From assembly GCF_009914755.1 (NCBI RefSeq), contig NC_060925.1: DNA of 64,000 bases; one strand, given 5' to 3'. A program made the translations under genes and the position numbers. The notes beneath the pieces are model-generated. The model was not told the origin of the DNA and made no database searches. It was given only the letters and a program-made list of their open reading frames with translations. This document shows positions 50,001-64,000 of this stretch, one piece after another (position 1 is the stretch's first letter; each line of letters begins with the position of its first letter). Origin of the DNA: the human T2T-CHM13v2.0 reference genome, Homo sapiens.

Positions 50001-50157
50001 CCTAGAGCAGTAAATGCAGATCAGCACTTCTGCCCCTCACTGTACTCCCACTCTCATCCCCTTCCTCCCTCTACCACCACCAAAAGGCCAGAATTTTTAA
50101 GTTGATTGATATTTTTTTATTAGGATAATAAAGTCAGATGCAGTATATTGTGTATGT

Positions 50158-51716
<1,559 letters not shown>

Positions 51717-52908
51717 TAAGCATACCTTATTTTATTGTACTTCAGACACTGCCTTTTTATTTTATTATTAAATAAATTGAAGGTTTGCGGCAACCCTGTG
51801 TTGAGCAAGTCTGTTGACGCCATTTTTCTATCAGCATGTGCTCATTTCATGTCTCTGTGTCACATCTTGGTAATTCTCATGATGTTTCAAAGTTTTTCAT
51901 TATTATTATATGTGTTATGATGATTTGTGATCAGTGATTTTTTGGTGTTACTAATAGAATTGTTTTGGGGTGCTACAAATGGTGCCCATATAAGGCAGCA
52001 AACAATCAACAAATGTGTATGTTCTGACTGCCTCACTGACGAGCTGTTCTTCATCTCTCTCTTTCTCCTGGGGATTCCCTATTCCCTAAGACACAACAAT
52101 ATTGAAAGTAGGCCAGTTAATAACCCTACAATGGCCTCTAAGTGTTCATGTGAAAGAAAGAGTCACAGGTCTCTCACTAGAAATCAAAAGCTAGAAATGA
52201 TTAGGCCTACTGAGGAAGTCGTGTTGAAAGCTGAGATAGGCCCAAAGCTAGGCCTCTTGTACCAGTTAGCCAAGCTGTGAATAAAGGAAAATGTTCTTGA
52301 AGGAAATTAAAAGTGCTACTCCAGTTAACACACAAATGATAAAAAAGCAAAACAGCTTTATTTGCTGACAGGAAGGAAGTTCAAGTGGTCTGATTAGAAG
52401 ATCAAACCAGCCACAACATTCCCTTAAGTTGAATCCTAATCCAAGGCAAGATCCTAAATCTCTTCAATGTTGTGAAGGTTGACAGAGGGGAGGAAGCTGC
52501 AGAAGAAAAGTTAGAAGCTAGCAGAGCTTGGTTCTTGAGGTTTAACGAGAGAAGCTGTCTCCACAACGTAAAGGTGAAGCAGCAAGTGCTGACATAGAAA
52601 CCACAGCAAGTTAGTCGGAAGATCTAGCTAAGATAATTGGTGACAGTGGCTATGCTAAACAACAGATTTTAATGTAGGCAAAACAGTCTTCTCTTGGAAA
52701 AAGATGCCATCTAGGACTTTCATAGCTAGAAAGGAGAAGTCAATGCCTGGCTTCAAAGTTTCAAAGAACAGGCTGACTTTCTCATTAGGGGCCAGGGCAG
52801 CTGGTGACTTCAAGTTAAAGTCAATGTTTACCATTCTGAAAATCCTAGGGTCTTTATGTATTTTCCACCCCTCAAGGTTCAAGTGATTCTTCTGCCTTAG
52901 CCTCCTGA

Positions 52909-53121
<213 letters not shown>

Positions 53122-53154
53122 TGATCTATCAAAGAAACAACAAAGCTTGGATGA

Positions 53155-53518
<364 letters not shown>

Positions 53519-53991
53519 TAAGCCCACTGTTGAAACCTACTCCTTTCAAAATACTACTGCTCATTGACAATGTACCTGGTCACCCAGGATCTCTGATGGA
53601 GACATACAAGGAGATGAATGTTGTTTTCATGCTTGCTAACACAAAATCTATTCTGCAGCTCATGGAACAAGGAACAAATTTGACTTTCAAGTCTTATCAT
53701 TTAAGAAATGTATTTTGTAAAGCTATAGCTGCCATAGACAATGATTCCTCTGATGGATCTGGGCAAAGTGAATTGAAAACCTCTGGAAAGAATCCACCAT
53801 TCTAGAGGCCATTAAGAACATTCAAGGGCTGGGAATGGTGGCTCATGCTTGTAATCATAGCATTTTGGGAGGCTGAGGCATGAGGATCACTTGAGCCTAG
53901 GAGTTTGAGACCAGCCTGGCAACACAGGGGGACCCTGTCTACAAAAAGTGAAAAAGTTAGTCAGGCATGGTGGTGTGCTCTTGTGCTCTCA

Positions 53992-54147
<156 letters not shown>

Positions 54148-54563
54148 TCATGGAGGAAGTCAAAATATCAACATTAACAGGAGTTTGGAAGAAGTTGATT
54201 CCAACCCTCATGGCTGACTTTGAGGGGCTCAGGATTTCAGTGGAGGAAATAACTGTAGATGTGGTGGAAATAGCAAGAGAACTAGAATTAGAAGTAGAAC
54301 CTGAGGATATGACTGAATTGCTGCCATCTCATGATAAAACTTGAACAAATGAGGAGTTGCTTTTTAGGAATGAGCAAAGAAAGTGGTTTCTTGAGATGAA
54401 ATCTACTCCTGTTGAAGATGCTGTAAATACTGTTGAAGTGACAAAGGATTTAGAATATTACATAAACATAGTTGATAAAGCAGCTGCAGGGTTTGAGAGG
54501 ACTGACTTCAATTTTGAAAGAAGTTCTACTCTGGGTAAAATGCTGTCAAATATCAGTCCTTCA

Positions 54564-54812
<249 letters not shown>

Positions 54813-55004
54813 TCAGATCATGTCAGTGCACTCCAGCCTGGGCAACATAGCAAGACTCCATCTCAAATAATAATAATAATAATAAATAAAATAAGAAACA
54901 AAAGGAAGAAAAGGAAAAAATGCTGTCAAATAGCATCATATGTTATAGAGAAGTCTCACTAAAAAGTCAATCAATGCAGCAAACTTTATTGTTGTCTTAT
55001 TTGA

Positions 55005-57212
<2,208 letters not shown>

Positions 57213-57456
57213 GATCATTAGCATTTTTAACACAAAATATATTTTAATTAAGGTAGTCACATTGTGTTTTTTAACCATAAAAACACTTAAGAGACTATAG
57301 TATTGTGTACACATAACTTTTATATGCACTGAGAAACCAAAACAATAATAAATAACCAGGAACTTGCCTTATTGCAGTGGTCTGGAATCGTACCTGCAAT
57401 GTCTCCAAGGTATGCCTGTACTAAAAGGAAAGTCTAAGATTCAAGAAGGGATGATG

Positions 57457-60456
<3,000 letters not shown>

Positions 60457-61194
60457 TCATGTCTGGAAAGCACCTCAAAGGCAATATTATGAAAAAAGTG
60501 TGGCTTCTGCCAAAGTCGGGTTTGGATTCTGGCTTGGCTTCTTACTGTGTGAGCCTAGACAAAGTATTTAGCCAGTTTTCTCCTCTGTAAAATGGGAGTG
60601 ATACGACCCATTTCCCAAGGTTGTTGAGAGGATCAAATGAGATACTAATACAGAGTGATCAAAAAGCCTGGAGACTTAGTTCCCCATCTTGGGTCAGGAA
60701 AGCCTTAGCTGTACCTGCTGTAACCAGGTGCCTGTGTTCTCTGAGCTGATGATGGGGTGACTTTGGGAGAGGAGAGGATGAACACAGATGCCTTTCTCCT
60801 GCTCTTTGAAAAGGTGATTTGTCTACCCTATGCCCACCACCCTCAATGCACTCCCACCATTGTCTCCTACCACACACAAGCATGCTGCATGGTATTCAGA
60901 AAGCCCAGTCTGTTTCTCCACCCCTTTGCCTTGTCACTCAGCTTTGCCAGGTCCCTTGAGTTCTTTGATGTTGTGCCAGGCTCTGTGTGGGCTCCCAGCC
61001 CTGGGCGTGTCTGTGGTGACTGACCTGTGCCCCACTGGCCTCCACCTCCATTACCACAATGGATCTGAACTCTCGGTGACAGCAGCTGCTGGTCCACATC
61101 TGGAATTTAGCTCTGCTCTTCCCTTCTCCACCCTTCTCACCTGTCTATACCAGGATGACTCTTCCATCTGCTCTTCTTCCTTCTCCTATTTTTA

Positions 61195-61930
61195 TTTATT
61201 TATTTTACTGTGATAAAATATACAGAACATAAAATTTGCCATCTTCACCTTTTTTTTTTTTTGAGATGGAGTCTCACTCAGTTGCCCAGGCTGGGGTGCA
61301 GTGGCACGATCTCACTGCAAGCTCTGCCTCCGGGGTTCACACCATTCTCCTGCCTCAGCCTCCCGAGTAGCTGGGACTGCAGGTGCCTGCCACCACGCCC
61401 AACTAATTTCTTTTTGTATTTTTAGTAGAGACAGGGTTTCACCGTGTTAGCCAGGATGGTCTCGATCTCCGGACCTCATGATCCACCCGTCTCAGCCTCC
61501 CAAAGTGTTGGGATTACAGGCATGAGCCACCGCTCCCAGCTTATCTTAACCATTTTTAAGTAGACCGTTCAGTGGTACTAACTACATTCCCAGTGTAGGT
61601 TTCCCATCACCATCATCCATGTCTAGAACTTCTCCTTCATCCCAAACTGAAACTCTGTACCCATTAAACAATAATGCCCATTCCCCACTCCATCCAGCCT
61701 GTGGTAACCTCCACTCTACTTCCTGTCTCTATGAATTTGCCTATTCTACATACTTCATATGAATAGAATTATACTGTATTTGTTTGTGTGTGTGTGACTG
61801 GCTTATTTCACTTAGCATAATGTTTTCAAGGTTCATCCGTGTGGCAGCATGTGTCAGAACATCCTTCCTTGAATAATAATTCCATTGTATGGATGTGCCA
61901 CACTTGTTTGTCCATTCATCTGCCCATGGA
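61195..61930 (-). mobile_element. L1MB-type 3' end interrupted by an AluY (~61250-61541)
   Basis: AACATAAAATTTGCCATCTT, CCCAAACTGAAACTCTGTACCCATTAAACAATAA, TTTCACTTAGCATAATGTTTTCAAGGTTCATCC. Confidence 0.82.
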
Positions 61931-62825
61931 GGCCCTCCTTTTTTAAATCACATTTTTTGGGTATATCATAATTTGCAGTAATATGAAGAGAATAGCCTAC
62001 TCTTTCCTTGTAGCAGGAAACTGAGGAGGGTCACTCTCCCAGATAGTGGAAGGCAGGTGGAATTGAGTGTGCTGTTTATAAACTCTGTCCTGAGGTTTTA
62101 CTCTTCCAGAGGTCTCTTTTCTCGACAAATACTTAATGCGCATGACATCACCTGAACCCAGAAGTGCTAGCTAGAGAGAAGTGATTATCTGGGGCCAGAA
62201 CCTTGCATTTGCTTGCCTTCCTAGGGAAAGACCCTATTGTTAACCCTGGAGATTCCCTCCTTTCAATGCTGAAGGCCTTTAAAGGGTCTAGAGACTGTAG
62301 AGCAACATTTTGTTTCCTGTTTATATTTTTTGGGTTTGTGTTTGCTTTTGTTTTTTGCATTTCTTCCCCTTGTCAGTCTTTGTCCTTCCTGGTCCTGATG
62401 CACTTCAATATTTCTGGATGTGCTGTACTATAATCATAGGCCTTCTTAATATGGGTGTATCCTGTCTTCTTTATTTAGAATTCTGCGGACTGGGAATTCC
62501 CTAAGGGAAAGAGCCTTCTTCCTTTCTTTTTCTAATCTTCCTCCACCCTTTTTTGTTCTCCTCCCTTTTGTACCTCCACAACACACCAGGAGGTGTACCG
62601 CCTCCATCTAGACCACAAACTGTACTCTCAGGGTACCCATGGCCAAGAAGAATGACACACACACACATCACACATACATTCAGCATGTCTCACTGTTACC
62701 TCTGAGAGGAAGTAGGAGAACCTATATTAATCCTCTGAGCTCATCAGGACAGGAATCCCCAGCTCCAATGTCCTGGGTTGGGCCTAGAATTATCCCACTA
62801 TTTTCTACAGGCTGCTCTCTCTCTC

Positions 62826-63119
62826 TCTTTTTTTTTTTTTAAGCAAGGTCTTGCTCTGTCACCATGCTAGAGTGCAGTGGTGTGATCATAGCTTACCGCA
62901 GCTTCAAACTCCTGGGCTCAAGCAATCTTCCCTCCTCAGCCTCCTAAGTAGTGGGGACTACAGGCACATGCTACCACACCCAGCTAATTTTTTATTTTTT
63001 GTAGAGACGGTGTCTCACTGTATTGCCCAGGCTGGTCTCAAACTCCTGGCCTCAAGCGATCCTCCTGCCTCGGCCTCCTGAGTCTCTGGGATTACAGGCA
63101 TGAGCCACTGTGCCCAGCC
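62826..63119 (-). mobile_element. Alu (AluJ-like)
   Basis: Reverse J-type dimer. Confidence 0.9.
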
Positions 63120-64000
63120 TCTTCTCTCCAATTTCTTTTAGGACCTTGTAGTATGGAGTATGCCTTAGCTTCTTCTAGGCTCTTCCTGTGGTTGCATGGC
63201 CTTAACTGAGTGAGTCACTTCACCTTTAAGACCATATGCTCTAAAATCTGTCAAAGAATGATATTGTCAGTCCTGTCTATCTTAAAAGATTGTTGCAAAG
63301 ATCAAATGTCAGAGTGCTTTGAAAACTGTGAAGCATTATCCACATGTGAGTTCTTAACAGAGTTCCTTTACTCTCATGAACTCTTTCTGTCTTTTTACTT
63401 AGTCTTGCTGACACCACTTAAAAAGGAACCTCAGACAGATAGATTCCCCAGATATAGCTGCAAAAATTAGAGATTCTGGAGAAGTCTGGGAATGGGGAGT
63501 ACCAATGTCCTCCTGGTACACAGAGCCAAGGGTCCAGATCCAGGACTGGAAAGTATAGGAACACGGTGGCCAGAGGCACGGGGAGGCTCTGACAGAGGGG
63601 CAGGAGCAGTTTGCCTCCACTGTTCAGTGGCTTCTTAAGATACTTGATCTTCATCCAAGGGCAAGGGCCTTTGCACATGAAAAAAGTAATAATCCTTTCA
63701 ACTTTGGTATGGGGTAGATGACTTTTTGATCCCCATTTTTTTAGATGAGGAAATGAAGGCTCAGGGAGAATGGATTTGGAGGAGGTTTGGCTGAGAGGCA
63801 CTGGTGCTACTTGGGAAGGACTTCATGGGAGAGCCTGTGAGCTGTGAGGGGCAGGAGCCTGGCCCGGGTGCAGGGGCCCCACGGGGCTGGCCACTTTGAC
63901 ATCTTCAGCTCTGGCTCTGGTGCATCCCCATGTCAAACTGGATTCACTACTGGTTTTCTTCCTTAGATATTTTTCAGGATTTGGTGACCCAAGGGAATGC

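Overview
Primate (human-like) genomic DNA with no intact protein-coding gene that I can support. By eye, about a quarter of the window is Alu (roughly 55-60 copies or fragments), on a background of MIR, L2 and old L1M pieces. Recognisable elements: a full-length, decayed Tigger1 transposon (51717-57418) inside an old L1; a processed NSA2 pseudogene (minus strand, ~55286-57080) inserted into the linker of an Alu inside that Tigger1; an MLT2A1 (ERVL) solo LTR split by an AluY and a young L1PA 3' fragment; Tigger3a and MADE2 MITEs; two CpG islands (~28540-29230, ~49440-50000); and several simple repeats. The supplied ORFs I can assign come from Alu, Tigger1, L1, simple repeats or the pseudogene; the rest match no protein I recognise. 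The most unusual signals are short templated-insertion scars: a perfect 57-bp inverted copy of CpG-island sequence 1.7 kb from its source, closed by a 17-bp fold-back; a perfect 26-bp copy placed in a MIR 1.9 kb from its source; and a snap-back insertion inside an Alu. These resemble polymerase-theta or template-switch repair. I found no evidence of a new protein-coding system. Repeat subfamily calls are from remembered consensus sequences, not RepeatMasker, and most repeat boundaries are approximate.
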